Shown: piece after piece, positions 44,831-57,551 of the stretch
Layout: every line of letters begins with the position of its first letter
Position numbering within the stretch: the stretch's first letter is position 1
NCBI GenBank assembly: GCA_030390025.1
Contig: CM059438.1
Location: 69,008,001 to 69,072,000 of the forward strand
Length of the DNA stretch: 64,000 nt
DNA from: Squalus acanthias
Lineage: Eukaryota
Reading direction: 5' to 3'
Notes under the pieces: generated by a model
Seen by the model: only the letters and a program-made list of their open reading frames with translations
Databases searched by the model: none
What the model was told of the DNA's origin: nothing
Position numbers and translations under genes: made by a program

Positions 44831-46981
44831 CAATCTATTGTAGTGGTGACAAAGATCAGATTTCCCACAACTGAGCATGTGCAGCTTCTGCTCGCAAATT
44901 TTTGCATTGTACCATTCCCCAGCTTTGCTAGTTATAGCAAGTTGCAATGGGATGTTTTAGCTTTACTACAGCCTGCAAGGGGTGGGGGGGTTTACTCAGT
45001 TGTACTGAAGAAACATTTTTCTTGTTCTCCGCTACAGACTTGGGATGAGAAAGAAATAAATGCTTTTCTATTTGATTTCGATTGAGCCTATTTCATTGCG
45101 CAGCCCAGGCTTTACAACATTTGCGCTGATTTTGAAATGAAAATGTGCCGCTTGTTCCTATTGGAATGAAAAGTTAATGATTCAAATGGTGCTGCTACTT
45201 TGGCTGTATTAGTTGTTGGAAAAAAATCAAAATTGGTTGAATATAAAGTTACCTTCTCTTTACTTACGCCACGTTTTTAATGGTGAAAACGGTTTTGTAT
45301 TAGCCCAACTATCCCCACATGGAACTTTCAGATGCTTAAAATCTGCTGAATCATTTATAGAGCCATGAACGTGGATCTATATTGCCAGCATTTCTCTTCC
45401 CATCTGGCAGAAAAGCACCAAAGATGTTCCAACCACTGCAAAACTCTTGTCTGGATGTGTGATGCTACAATCCTTAGAAGTAACCTCTCTGCTCCACACC
45501 TAAACACCTGTTTGAATCTAATTATTTCTTCCTGTGTGCTCGCTACCTTACTAAAAAAAAAACCTTGGCTAACTCGATGAGAAGAAATTGGTTTCCTCAG
45601 GAATAAACTGAAGCTTCTGTGAGAACTCCTCATCATTATTATTTTTCAAAATGCAAAAAGTAAATCAACACTTGTACTGTACAGCTCAGATGTGACTATC
45701 ACACATTTGTCTGTTGAAGTTTTCCTTTTTATTAATTATTGGATCATATACTTCAAACAAAACCTATAAATTGTTACCATTTAAAAAAAAAATCAAAGCA
45801 GGAAGTTGGAGTATAATAATTCCAAGAACTAATGCTCGAATTGTAAAATTCTGACAGCTGATAAGTTCTTTATTAAAACCCAGAACCTGCAATTTTCATA
45901 TGGACTGTTCCACTGGAGAATAAAGATGTCAAATATTTAAGCTATGGTCTCATTAGTTGAATATTCCACCAACAGCGTGGTACCTAATATCAATCTAATA
46001 AGTTCAAGGTCTGAGTTGAGGAATTTTTTTAACCTTTCAATCTTGATTACTTTTATGAAAAATGCATTCAGAATGTATATTTTTTAAGGGGGGAGAGAAA
46101 TGGGTGTCACACATCTTATATGTCTTCGCTTGATATGAAATCTTTTTCTCTCTCATCCCCTAGGCTAATATGAAATGGGTTTAGCCAGTCTCAACCCAAT
46201 TTCTGGTTGGGAATGAGACCAGAGTATAAAACTGCTAATAATTCAGCACTAAATTGGTGTTTTCAGTCAGACAGCTGACAGGAATAGCTTGTTTGAGAAA
46301 AAGAATTGTCACACTGGTATAATGGTAGCTCGCCTTTCTGAGGCAGATTGTTCGAGCAAGACACCGAGGGATTGCGCTCAGCTTCTGGCAGTGGTCCGTC
46401 CTGGCACCATGATGGTGGGGGGTGGGGGTGACATTTTCCAGTCACTCGCTTACAGCCCAATGAAGAAAATATATTTAAATGAAATACAAACCATTTGATA
46501 CTTCAGTTTGGGATTTACTTTAAAAGAGAAGGTAATTGGCAGTCTTAAGATCATGCATTTCTTAATTTAATTATTACATTTTCCAGGATCAGAAAATGAC
46601 TTCGGGTGGTACCTCTTCAAAACTAATTTGCATCTAAATTGTCCTACAAGTATGCCACTCACGAGGACAGCTGCACTGACATTGCAAAGATATTGGTAGA
46701 TTAGATTCATTTTCAGCCGGAATTCATTAACGTGGATTTTGGACTTATAACTAGCTTAACCAGTGGTAGTCAGTGATGCTGTAACTGCCACATAAGCAGG
46801 GAGTTGGGCCTCAAATCCTGAGGCCATGGAAATCTGTTAAGTTTCCTTGCAAGTGGTCATTGAACAAACCCCCATACAATGATTACGCTCTTCTACCGTT
46901 GGTCTTTTTAAACTGGATATATCACTGAACTCCTCTGTGTGACTGAGTGTTTAATATTCCACCCCCACCTCACGTAAGGCT

Positions 46982-47492
46982 GTGGTAGAAATCGCGCTGC
47001 GGTATTGCAGGCCTTCCTCCCCTTCTTAAAGGGGAGGGACCCTGCGCAGCGCGAACCGGGGCCCAGCTGGGCCTCCAGGGATCGGGAGTGCCGGCAAAAG
47101 AGCCCGGCACTCAAGAGAAGTGCCAGGCTCTTGGAGCGCAGCCGGCACTTCACAGTCGGGGGGCTTCACGGGGGCCGGGGACAGCAACGGGGGCAGGTGC
47201 TGGCAGGCGGCCAGCAACAAAAATGGCCGCCTGCCACCTCCCCTTTAAATATCGCCGCCCCGGCCGCACGTACGCCTCCCTGAACCCGTCGGACATAGCG
47301 TCTGGCGGTAAATCAGGGGGCGCGACTGAAGATCGCGGCTGGAGCGCGAGCGGGGTGCTGCGCACGGCGATGACGTCATCGCCGGCGGCGCAGCGCCACA
47401 GGGCGCTACCGGCTGGCGCCGCCGCTAACCTCCCGCTGAATTTTGCGGGAGGCGTGGGCGGCGCTGCGCCCGGGCGTTAGCTGCTTTACGCC
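46982..47492. mobile_element. GC-rich fragment related to the right subterminal region of Harbinger B
   Basis: GCTGCGCCCGGGCG.TAGCTGCTTT.CGCC, TGACGTCA and CCCTTTAAATA are shared with 57400-57670. Confidence 0.65.
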
Positions 47493-47780
47493 ATAGGTTA
47501 TTGAATGATATTTTAGCAACATTATCCATGAGAGATTGTGTACTGGTTCCTTCCCACACCTGGCAACCTTGCCTGATTTCCAAAATCTGAGCATATTGTA
47601 GCATTATTTGACGAGGGCATCAGATCATTGGTTTCACAGAAGAACGGACCAAATTGTGGAATCTGATTCTCAACGCACAGCTAAAAATCCCACGGTTGCA
47701 TAATACCAAAGGAATTGGGACATACTCAGTCACCATAAACAGCAGTCTTGATTATAGGGACTGGCAGCCCTTTTGTAAGT

Positions 47781-48193
47781 ACAAAAGCAAAATACTGCGG
47801 ATGCTGGAAATCTGAAATAAAAACAGAAAATGCTGGAAATACTCAGCAGGTCAGGCAGCATCTGTGGAGAGAGAAACATTTCAGGTCGATGACCCTTCGT
47901 CAGAACTGGAAAAAGCTGGAGATGGAACAGGTTTTTAAGCAAGTGCAGGGGCAGGGAAAGGGGGGAGGAGAGGAAAGAACAAAAGGGAAGGTCTGTGATA
48001 GGATGGAAGGCAGGAGAGATTAAGAGACAAAAGGGATGATGGTGCAAGGCAAAAGGAGATGGTAATGGGACAAGTTAAGAAACAAAAGATTGCTCTAGAT
48101 GAAGTGTAAATGGCGATGGCAGAATGAAAGACAGCTGCCATGTGAGAGAGAGAAAAAAAATGGTAAAAAAGATAGGGGCAGAGGTTATGGTCT
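47781..48193 (-). mobile_element. Penelope-like 3' fragment with partly deleted hammerhead
   Basis: Close homolog of 2709-3110. Confidence 0.8.
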
Positions 48194-48195
48194 TT

Positions 48196-48555
48196 TGTAA
48201 GTGATGGGCAACATCCAAGTTCATAGTCAAACGGATAAAATCACAGAAAGTACCAGTGAAAATCCTGGCAACTCGGGATTAGAATGGAATTTGAATTTAT
48301 TCCGTTTACCCTAACCCAGTGCCCTTGGTTATGCTGGTGAAGTGAAAAGGTCAGGAGGGGGAGAGCTGAGTGAATATAAATAGGGAGGAGCCAGTGCAGA
48401 CCAGTGGCAACCAGTTTCAGGGAGAACACACCAGGCTGCGAAGACGAGAAGCTGAGAGAGAGGTACCTCAGAATAAAACACCATCCTGTGCCTGAGTCTG
48501 TTCCAATAAAACTCAAATACATTTCATTTGAACTCTTGCTCTGAAAATTTTAACA
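48196..48555 (+). mobile_element. Possible small solo LTR
   Basis: TGTAAG…TTAACA with TATAAATA and AATAAA, but no matching TSD. Confidence 0.4.
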
Positions 48556-49619
48556 AAGATACATCCATTGTTAAAAGCCCATTGTGTGTCACTCCCTCTG
48601 CCCCTCCTCCCATCCCCTTGATCCCTCTATCATATTGTTCAAACTCTCCTTTCGGAACTGTTCTCGAGTTTTGTATATTCCATGGAGAGGTTCCACATTC
48701 CCAGTAGGAATTCTGCTTTCTTTCCCTCCCCTACTAGGTATTGCCACTGTACGTTTCATACTGCCCGCATCAAATGATATATTTTAAAACCTTGTCCCCC
48801 AAAAGAGGTTACAGTTGATATAATGAATTCCTGTTAATTTATTAAACATATATGAAACAAATCTCATTTTTACTGCAATTATTTTTTTCTCGCTTCAGAG
48901 GGGACCTACTGGGCTGCAAATTCATCTTTATTGAGGGGTGAGGGGCACCTCCCCCGGGTCTGGCCACTTCCACTATAGTATGTGGCCTCCCCAGCAGGAC
49001 CACCATTATGTCCACTTAGGTCGTGCAAATTTTTTGACCTCCCCCTCACACCACGAACTCTGCTGTGGTTAGTGCCGGAGGTCACCGGTAGGCACACCCT
49101 CGCATTTAGGCTGGGATTGACACTCCATATCTGCCCACTAAGAGATTCTGATGCTGGACAAAGTTTACTGAGAGTTTACTATTGTCCATCTTAGCACCAT
49201 TTTTGAGATGTAAGTCGGCATTTATTTGACCCATTCTATCCTACGTGTATCTGTCCGCAACATGTGATATATTTCAACCATAATAAATTTTTGCTCTGGA
49301 TTTTCAATGAAGCCAGAAAATGTCTGTTAAATGTTAAAATCGGACATACCTTCCAGGGCCTTGCCAATTGGTGCTCTTCGTCCCCATCAGGATTACATTT
49401 GTGAGATACTTGCCCTTGACTCCAGCTGCATCCCGTGTGACACCATCCGGATGAACAAAAATTGGGATCATAATCAATATATTTTTTTTAATATTGAGAA
49501 ACCCAAATGAAAAGCTAATGACTGAAGTGCAAGACATCACCAAAACTGGAAAGAGAGAGAGAGAGAAGGCAAGATAAAAATAAAGAAGTGGTGGTTAGCT
49601 CAACAGTATGGCGGAGGAA

Positions 49620-49940
49620 TCACAGAATCACAGAATCCCCACAGTGCAGATAGAGGCCATTTCGGCCCATCGAGCCTGCACCGACACATATCCCACCCTA
49701 TCCCCGTAACCCCACGTATTTAATCCCCCCTAACACTAAGGGTCAATTTATCATAGCCAAATCAACCTAACCAGCACATCTTTGGACTGTGGGAGGAAAC
49801 CGGAGCACCCGGAGGAAACCCACGCAGACATGGGGAGAATGTGCAAACTCCACACAGACAGTCACCTGAGGCCGGATTCGAACCCGGGTCCCTGGCGCTG
49901 TGAGGCAACAGTGCTAACCACTATGCCACCGTGTTGCCCC
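49620..49940 (-). mobile_element. HE1-type V-SINE
   Basis: tRNA head, V-domain core (GGAGGAAACCGGAGCACCCGGAGGAAACCCACGCAGAC), CR1-derived tail, possible TSD AGGAA. Confidence 0.88.
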
Positions 49941-51372
49941 AGGAAGAGTGTAGGGAGGTATATCTAGAGGCTAGGAAGAATAAGAAAGAATAGATCAGTG
50001 GAGCAATCACCTTAACAGTAAAATAGAGAGAGGCACATGCGATTATGATGGAGAGAAGCATCTTCGTTCTTGTACCATTTCTTAGAGTGTAAAAGAGATG
50101 CTAGAAAAGCCTTTGCAGCTTTGACAATTAACCCCATGATCTTGCAATGTTTGCTGATGTCATATTTGCCATCAGTATTTCCATATTTTATCATCAATAT
50201 TACCTTCCATATGAAGTATTTTCATGTTGCTTGTTACAAATTTTGAGTCTGCACCAGATATTTTCTCAAGTTCAGTGCCACCAGTTACTTCTGTGAGCAG
50301 ATCCCATGTCTGCAATGATTAATATCTCGCTAAGCAGTAGTGCGACCCAGAGGCCATAACAAAAAAAACTCCTGTTTTGCGCTTGCCTGCTCCACCATAT
50401 ATGCATTGCTCCTCTCTTCTCAATGGTGGATTGATGAGCACTCGAGTGATATGAGGCCAATTGTAAACCTATAATAAACAGATTTAACAGTGAGATTTAT
50501 CTATTTCCTGTTGCTCTTTGTAACATCAAAACACCAAATTCCATAAACTTCACCTTTTCATATGAGCCTACATCACTTTACAAGTCTCTGCTGATCTAAC
50601 ACTACTTTCAATCATCAGCAAAGTGATGGAAGGTGTTGTCGACAGTGCTATCAAGCAGCACTTACTCACCAATAACACGCTCACCGATACTCAGTTTGGC
50701 TTCCGCCAGGAGCACTCGGCTCCAGACCTCATTACAGCCTTGGTCCAAACATGGACAAAAAAGCTGAATTCCAGAGGTGAGTTGGGAGTGACTGCGCTTG
50801 ACATCAAGGCAGCATTTGACCGAGTGTGGCATCAAGGAGCCCTAGTGCCAGGCAATGACTATCTCCAACAAGAGAGAGTCTAACCACCGCCGCTTGACAT
50901 TCAACAGCATTACCATCGGCGAATCCCCCACCATCAACATCCGGGGGGCCACCAGAAACTTAACTGGACCAGCCACGTAAATACTGTGGCTACAAGAGCA
51001 GGTCAGAGGCTGGGGGCAAGAAATTCGTTATAGCCCAGGAATGGGAGGTGTCAGTAGAAAAGTTGGAGAAATAGCGCCAGGCGCAAATGTTTTAGACTGC
51101 CCACAAAATTTGTGCTCACTGCTCAATAAAATGATTCGAGTCCTAAATCAAGTCTTTAAACCCAAGCTCAGTGGTGTTAGACTTAAAGAGTGGACCAATA
51201 TCGGGTGCAGTCGAATCGCAACTCATCATTGCCACAGGCTTTTTTCACTACTTAAAGGGGAGGCTCATTGATGCTACAGCACCTCATTTTCAGCATTGAT
51301 GGCTGTGCAGCTACCTCAGCTAGCAGAAGCAGAACAAGGAGAAGGTGCCGGAGGACTGAATCAGGTGTGCTC

Positions 51373-53168
51373 ATGGCAGGTCCACTCGCCAGGGAGAGAG
51401 CCCACAGATTCTCCGATGAAGCATTGGAGGCATTGGTTTTCACTGTGGAGAGACAGAGGCCAGTGCTTTACCTGGCAAGTGACAGGAGGCCCTTGCCGCA
51501 AGTCTTCCACACCATGTGGAGGGAGGTAGCGCAGCACATCTTGGGCAGCACTGTGGTCCCCAGGACTCACATACAGTGCAGGTAGAAATTTAATGACCTC
51601 ACTCAGGTGGTCAGGGTGAGTGAATACTTCAACAAATGCTACATACCACCATCTGTACCATAATCTTCACACACTGGCCAAAACACCACACCCCCAGCAC
51701 TCAACCACCAATAATCTCTACCTACCAACACTCACACCCACATCTCACACCTTGCACACAATGACAGCTATTCAACTATGGGAGGCATATCACCCAAACA
51801 CTTTGCTCCACACTCACTCACACACTTTCCTTTCTCTTGCAGGCCAAGGTGGCGCACAACAGGAGGAAGCAGGAGCACAAATGCGGGGGACAAGCCGACA
51901 CCCAACCACTGTCTGCACTGGAGAATCGAGTGCTGCAAATCATTGGGCGGCGTGGCCACTGGCGACGTTGCCCCCTTGGGGATAACAATGGTATGGTCAT
52001 CCCTACTCCCTCTTCTCACATCCCACTTCCCCCTCACCCCACAAGCGTATTGCATTTTCCAGCTAATCATGCTGTATGGATGCATTTCTCCATTCCTGCT
52101 CCCCTCCCCTCACCTTAACCCGCCTCTTGTGCCTTTATGCTTTCAGATAATCAGCAAGCACCTGAGCAGCCTGTCCCTGAGGCCACCGTAGAGAGTGAGG
52201 CGGGAGAAGAGGAGGAGGAAGAACACACCACGTCACTGCATGTCTCACCCGCAGGCACCAGCTCAGACACTGGCACTACACATTCTTTTTCGGCTAGCAT
52301 AGTAGCAGGATCTGCACAGGGTGAGGCACCGAGGACGAGTGGGCTGCAGCAAGGCCAGGGGGAAAGGATAGCTCAGGGGCCAGCTCCCCGGAGGGTGAAT
52401 TCGCGCGCGAGTTCTGCTGCACAAGACCTCGATGGGGAGGCCTTTAGAAGAAGGGTGATGGGCATGCACACGGAGATGATAGGTGCAATAGCAATGGTGC
52501 CCGAGAGCCTCACGGCAATGGCAAGGATCGAGGAGGAGTCCACCTCCAACATTGCACAAGGCTCTGTGCACACCATGGAACCCATCATTTCCAGTCTGCA
52601 AAGGATGGTAGACTCCCAGAGAGACCGTGGCGACCCGGACCTGATGCTGCGCGTCATGGGCGATCTGGCAGCTTCCATTGCAGCACAGGTGGAAGCGACA
52701 CAACATCTTAGTGCTGTAATGGAGTCTATGTTTGGTGGCATCCAATCTCAGACTGCTCTCATGCAGTCTCAGCTTGATGCCACGCAAGCTCTGACTGCTG
52801 CCATCATAGCTGGGTCTACCACCGTCGATTGGGCTTTCACGGTGTCGCAGCAGGCCAGGAATCTGTGCTCCAACAGATTGTTCGGGATGCTGAGGTGCTG
52901 CCCTGGGAGAGTGGCAGTGGGTCAGTGAGCAGGAAACTGCTGACCTCTCTCAGGATGACAGCATTCCTGCTCCCACCACTGGCGCTCCACCATTGGCCTT
53001 GTCGCTGCCTGTCTTCCAGCCAGCCTAGACTGCTGCCGCCCATGGCGAGGTGGTGCAGTCTACAGCCGGGCCTTCCAGGTCCAGAGCTGGTCAAGGGCAT
53101 TCTGCAAGGCCATCTGAAGTCTCCCGCACAGACACTCAGCAGCCTTCTACTGGGCCAGCACTTTGTAG
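51373..53168 (+). pseudogene. Harbinger A Myb/SANT-like gene (exons 51373-51615, 51843-51990, 52147-53168)
   Basis: RFSDEALEALV…WREVAQ…RTHIQCR*KFNDL with an in-frame TAG. GT-AG introns at the same positions as in element B. Cut by the LTR. Confidence 0.8.
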
Positions 53169-53914
53169 TGTGAAGGAATAAGCAATATACCTATTCAGAA
53201 AAATACACCATCCTATGAAAGAATTTTGACTTTATTAAAACATGACAAACTGGGCTTGAAAATCTGGAAGCCTCAACAATCTAAAGCTGTGAACAGCATA
53301 CAGGCTGTTGAGATAAGATAAGTTGTTGACACTGAAACAATAGCCTTAATGAAACAATAGGTTGGAGGTTCCCGAAAGTCTGAAGCCTTGGAAAGAACAC
53401 AATGGTATACCCAGTTAAAGTGTCTTAAACCAACACTTTGAAATGAAACACATAAAATTAAAGAAACATATGCCTTCGTAAAAATGACATCAAATAGAAC
53501 CACTGCTGTTACACTGTTTTTTTATGATGAGCTTCGAACACCTAGGATGGAGACATAGGGGGAAAAATTCAGTCGCGCCCCGTTTGGGGCGCAAATATCG
53601 TCCGGGCGCAAAAATTAGTGCCTGGCGCTAATTATCGCCACTGACTGGAAACTTCACTTTTAACGCCCCGGGAGGTGATTGGAGCGCAAAATCAGGCGCT
53701 GCACACCTGTCTTAAGGCGCAAAGGCCGAGGAGTGAGGCGCTAACTCAGAGCGCAAGCGCAGCGCAGGTGCTGCCAGTTAGCGAGGGAACACAGACACAC
53801 TGGCGCCGGCCAGTTCTTAAAGGGGGGGGCGATCTTGCTCCCCAGCCACACCCTGCTCATTGCAGCCTTGAATCTCGGCCTGGAGAGACCTGTGAATCCA
53901 TTTTCCAGCCAAGG

Positions 53915-55584
53915 ATGGAGAGGGTGAGAGAACGAGCTGAGCGCTTCACCGAGCGGGCCTTGGATGCTCTGGTTGGCGCGGTGGAGCGCCGAAGACCAAT
54001 ACTGTACCCAGAGAGTGGCAGGAGGCCTTTGCCGCGTGACTACAGAAGAGTGTGGAGGGAGGTGGCTCAGCGCGTCTCCTCCAGGAGCATGGTGCCCAGG
54101 ACCCATGTCCAATGCCGGAAAAAGTTCAACTACCTCACTCGGGTCGTCAGGGTGAGTGGCTTTTTTGCAATACCTCTCCATCCCTCCAACTCAACCTCAC
54201 TCTATGGCCAGAGGGTCTTAAAACCACAATTAACAACACTCATCCAACACCTATGGCCCTTTCATGAAGCACACACACACATTCCATACTTTGCATACAG
54301 TAAGGGCTATTCACCTATGGGAGGCACATCAGGCAAGACCATGGCTGTATACAGTAAGGGCTATTCACCTATGGGAGGCACATCAGGCAAGACCATGGCT
54401 GTATACAGTAAGGGCTATTCACCTATGGGAGGCACATCAGGCAAGACCATTGCTGTATATTTACTCAGACGCCGTCCTTTTTCTTGCAGGCCAAGCTGGC
54501 GCATAATAGGAGACAGCAGCAATGGACGGGTGGAGGGCGGCCTCAGCTGCAACCCCTCAGCGATCTTGAGGAGCGCGTCCACAGGATTGTGGCAAGCCGG
54601 GTGATCGGTCCCGTCGCCACTGGAGACGCCGACCCCGTTCTGGACAGCAATGGTAAGGTCATCACCTTTTTGTCCTCTATCCTTCCACTTGTCCCTCACA
54701 ACACCAGCCTTTGACACTTTCAATCCAACTTACTAACTCGCTGCACTTATTCCTCCCTTACTGCCATCCTGTCCTCACGCTAAAGCCACTCTTGTACCTC
54801 CCTGCTTTCAGATGGTGATTCACCAGCTGAGGAGACGGGCCCTGAAGCTGCCAGTGGGAGTGAAGCTGCAGCCAAGGAGGAAGAGGAAGCCAGAGCATCA
54901 GTGCCACCCTCTCCCGAGGAAGCCCATGCCGACACTGGGAACACGCCTTCCCTGGAGGGGAGCAGGGTGGAAGGGTCTGATGAGGGTGAAGCTCCAGGAC
55001 CCAGCGGGCTGCAGCAATGCGATGGGGGTAGGGAAGCTCGGGGGCCTTCTCCCCGGAGGGAGAGTATGCCAGCGAGTCCTGCTGCACTGGACGCAGAGGA
55101 GGAGCGGCTGATCGCGGAAATAAACACCCAGGCGGTGGGCATGCACACTGAGCTCATGGCTGCAGTGGGTGGGGTGCCTGAATGCATTGAAGCACTGGCA
55201 AGGAGTGTGGAGCACTTCGCTGCAGCGCAGGCGGATGCGACACTGAAGCTCAGTGCTGCAATTCAATCTCAGACATGCTCTCATACACTGTCTGCTGCCA
55301 TCCTCGCTGGTTCGTTCACATTTCCCCGGGGCTCTCACCGCGCCGCAGCAGGCCAGCAATCTGTGCTCCAGCAGATTGCTCCGGATGCTGAGGTGCTGCC
55401 CCGTGGGAGTGCCAGTGTGCCGGTCGAGCAGGGAGTTGCTGTCCTCGCTCAAGATGACAGCATTCCTGCTGCCACCACTGTCACTTCTCCACTGCAGTTG
55501 CCACCGCCTGTAGGACAGACTGCTGCCGCCCATGCAGAGTTGGTGCAGTCTGCAGCCGGGCCCTCCAGGCCCAGAACTGGTTGA
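53915..55584 (+). CDS. Harbinger Myb/SANT (trihelix) DNA-binding protein, 3 exons: 53915-54151, 54490-54652, 54812-55584 (about 390 aa)
   Basis: RFTERALDALV…WREVAQRV…RTHVQCRKKFNYL. GT-AG introns of phase 0 and 1 join three ORFs in frame. Confidence 0.87.
54294..54458 (+). repeat. 54-bp tandem repeat x3 in Myb intron 1
   Basis: ATACAGTAAGGGCTATTCACCTATGGGAGGCACATCAGGCAAGACCATGGCTGT three times, one mismatch. Confidence 0.95.
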
Positions 55585-56045
55585 GGCCATCCCTCAAGGG
55601 CATCTGCATTGTCAGGGCCTGACAGTCAGCAGCCTTCCACCAGCCTTGCTGCAGCCACTGAGGTCCCATTGCGGAGGAGCAGTAGGGTAAGAAGGGGGGA
55701 AGGGCGCACGGGAAGGAGTTCACCCTCGATGTAGGAGGTGTGACAAAATGCTGGTCATTTTTTTATTAAAGGCCGAGGTTCGTGGTCAAACTTTTGTTGA
55801 GTGTTTTGCACATGATCTCCAGGTTCTGAGAACCAGTTATGGTAATGACTGTTTTTTTGTGTTTATTTGTATGAGTTTGTCATGAAGAAATGACACACAC
55901 AGAGTTTGTAAAATAAATAAGTTTTGGTACTCAAAATATACATGTTTGGTGTTTGGAATCATTGGTGCCTTGGCCGGCTTAGGGGTTGCATGTTGGGTTC
56001 ATTCATGCTGTTCTCAATGGCAGAAGCCATTTCCACAGCAGGGGC

Positions 56046-56144
56046 CTAGAAGCGGCTTGCTATCAGCCGCTGACGGACGGCCCTTGCAGTTTCACCATTG
56101 TAGGCCGCCCTCACGCCTTGGTGCTGCTGCTGATCATCCTCCTC

Positions 56145-56175
<31 letters not shown>

Positions 56176-57213
56176 GGTGGTGCTCCAAGGCCTGGTGGCA
56201 TTGGCTGGGTCCTGATGATTGTCATGTTATGCAGCATGCAGCATGCAGCACACAACTACGATGTTGGAAACTCGCTCAGGCGAGTACTGCAGGGCTCCTC
56301 CAGAATGGTCGAGACAGCGGAACCGTTGCTTGAGCACACCGATTGTGTGCTCCACGATGTTCCTGGTAGCTTGATGGCTCTCGTTGTACCGCAGCTCAGC
56401 AGGGGTGTTGGGCGTACGGAGCGGTGTCATCAGCCAGGTGCTCAGTGGATACCCCTTGTCCCCGAGAAGCCAACCAACTGGCTGATGCGGTGCCTCGAAA
56501 AGTTCTGCCACTGTAGTCTGGTGCAGGATGAAAGCATCGTGGCAGCTGCCAGGATACTGGGCATTGACAGCGAGTATCAGCTGTCTGTGGTCACAGACCA
56601 ACTGAACATTCAAGGAATGGAACCCCTTTCTGTTCCGGAAATCCTCGGCATTCTCATGTGGAGCACGCAAAGCCACATGCGTGCAGTCAATGGCGCCCTG
56701 CACCATGGGGAAGCCCGCTATCATCGCAAAGCCCAGAGCGCGTTCTTGCTGCTTCTCTGGGGTCATGGGGAAAGAGATGAACTCTCGTCTCCTTTTAAAG
56801 AGGGTATTTGTGACCTTCCTGATGCAGCAATGCACCGCGAACTGGGAGATATTGGCGATGTCCCCAACAGCAGATTGAAATGAGCCAGTAGCATAAAAGT
56901 TCAGAGCCACTGTGACCTTCACTGCCACCGACAGAGACGTCCTGGACCTCAGTTGAGGCTGCAGATCTGGCTGCAGCAGGTGGCAGAGCTCAGTGACCAC
57001 CTCCTTGCTGAAGCGCAGCCTTCGCAGACACTGCTCATCAGACATATGAATGTAGGAGAGCTGTTCACGATATACCCTTGGAGGGTAAGCTCTCCTGTAC
57101 AGACGCCTGTTGGCCCTCCTCCGTCTGGCCATCATTGCCACTCTCTCTCTGCGTCTCTGTCTCCTCCGATTCAGCTGGCGCAGGACGACGCCCCCCATCA
57201 GTGCAGCCCCCAT
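56046..57213 (-). CDS. Harbinger DDE transposase (HARBI1-like) with a C-terminal frameshift
   Basis: GAIDCTHV, NRKGFHSLNVQLVCD, PGSCHDAFIL, LGDKGYPL, VEHTIGVLKQRFRCL. A 7-bp duplication at about 56230-56250 shifts the frame after CCMLH. Confidence 0.93.
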
Positions 57214-57406
57214 ATCTCTTAGCAAGCAAAGTTATGAAGGCCAGAAACCAAAGTACCAGCGAAGTTAGGATGAGTAGCCAAAACTACCTCACACAGCGTT
57301 GACTCAATGCAGAAGTCTCTCTTTCTCTCTCTCCGAATCTCTCTCTCTCTCTCAGAACGAGTGGTGCAAAAATGTCAACCACAGAGAAAGACAGGAAGAG
57401 GCCCCC

Positions 57407-57551
57407 TTTAAATAGCGCCCCCCCCAGCCCCACAGCGATTGTTAGCGTTCCACTCTTCCGGTCGTTGGATGCGCCAGGCGGTAAGGATGGGGGCGCCACT
57501 GAAATTCTGCTCCGGGGCGCCACAAGGGCGTTGCACTCTTGTATGACGTCA
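57407..57551 (-). promoter_or_regulatory. Putative transposase promoter: TATA-like TATTTAAA plus CRE palindrome TGACGTCA
   Basis: About 200 bp upstream of the transposase ATG. Both motifs recur with similar spacing at 47244 and 47371. Confidence 0.45.

Noticed and set aside
49340..49450. Minus-strand exon with donor AG|GTATGT
   Set aside because: No canonical AG acceptor at the expected position (CCGG) and no recognisable peptide.
53675..54604. 309-aa single-exon gene
   Set aside because: Better explained as Myb exon 1 plus intron read-through; the splice sites are conserved in the second element.
54780..56883. Antisense ORFs over the Harbinger genes
   Set aside because: Expected shadows of GC-rich coding sequence.
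56227..57225. Host HARBI1 gene
   Set aside because: Flanked by TIRs and a TSD, paired with a Myb gene and frameshifted, so it is a transposon copy rather than the domesticated gene.
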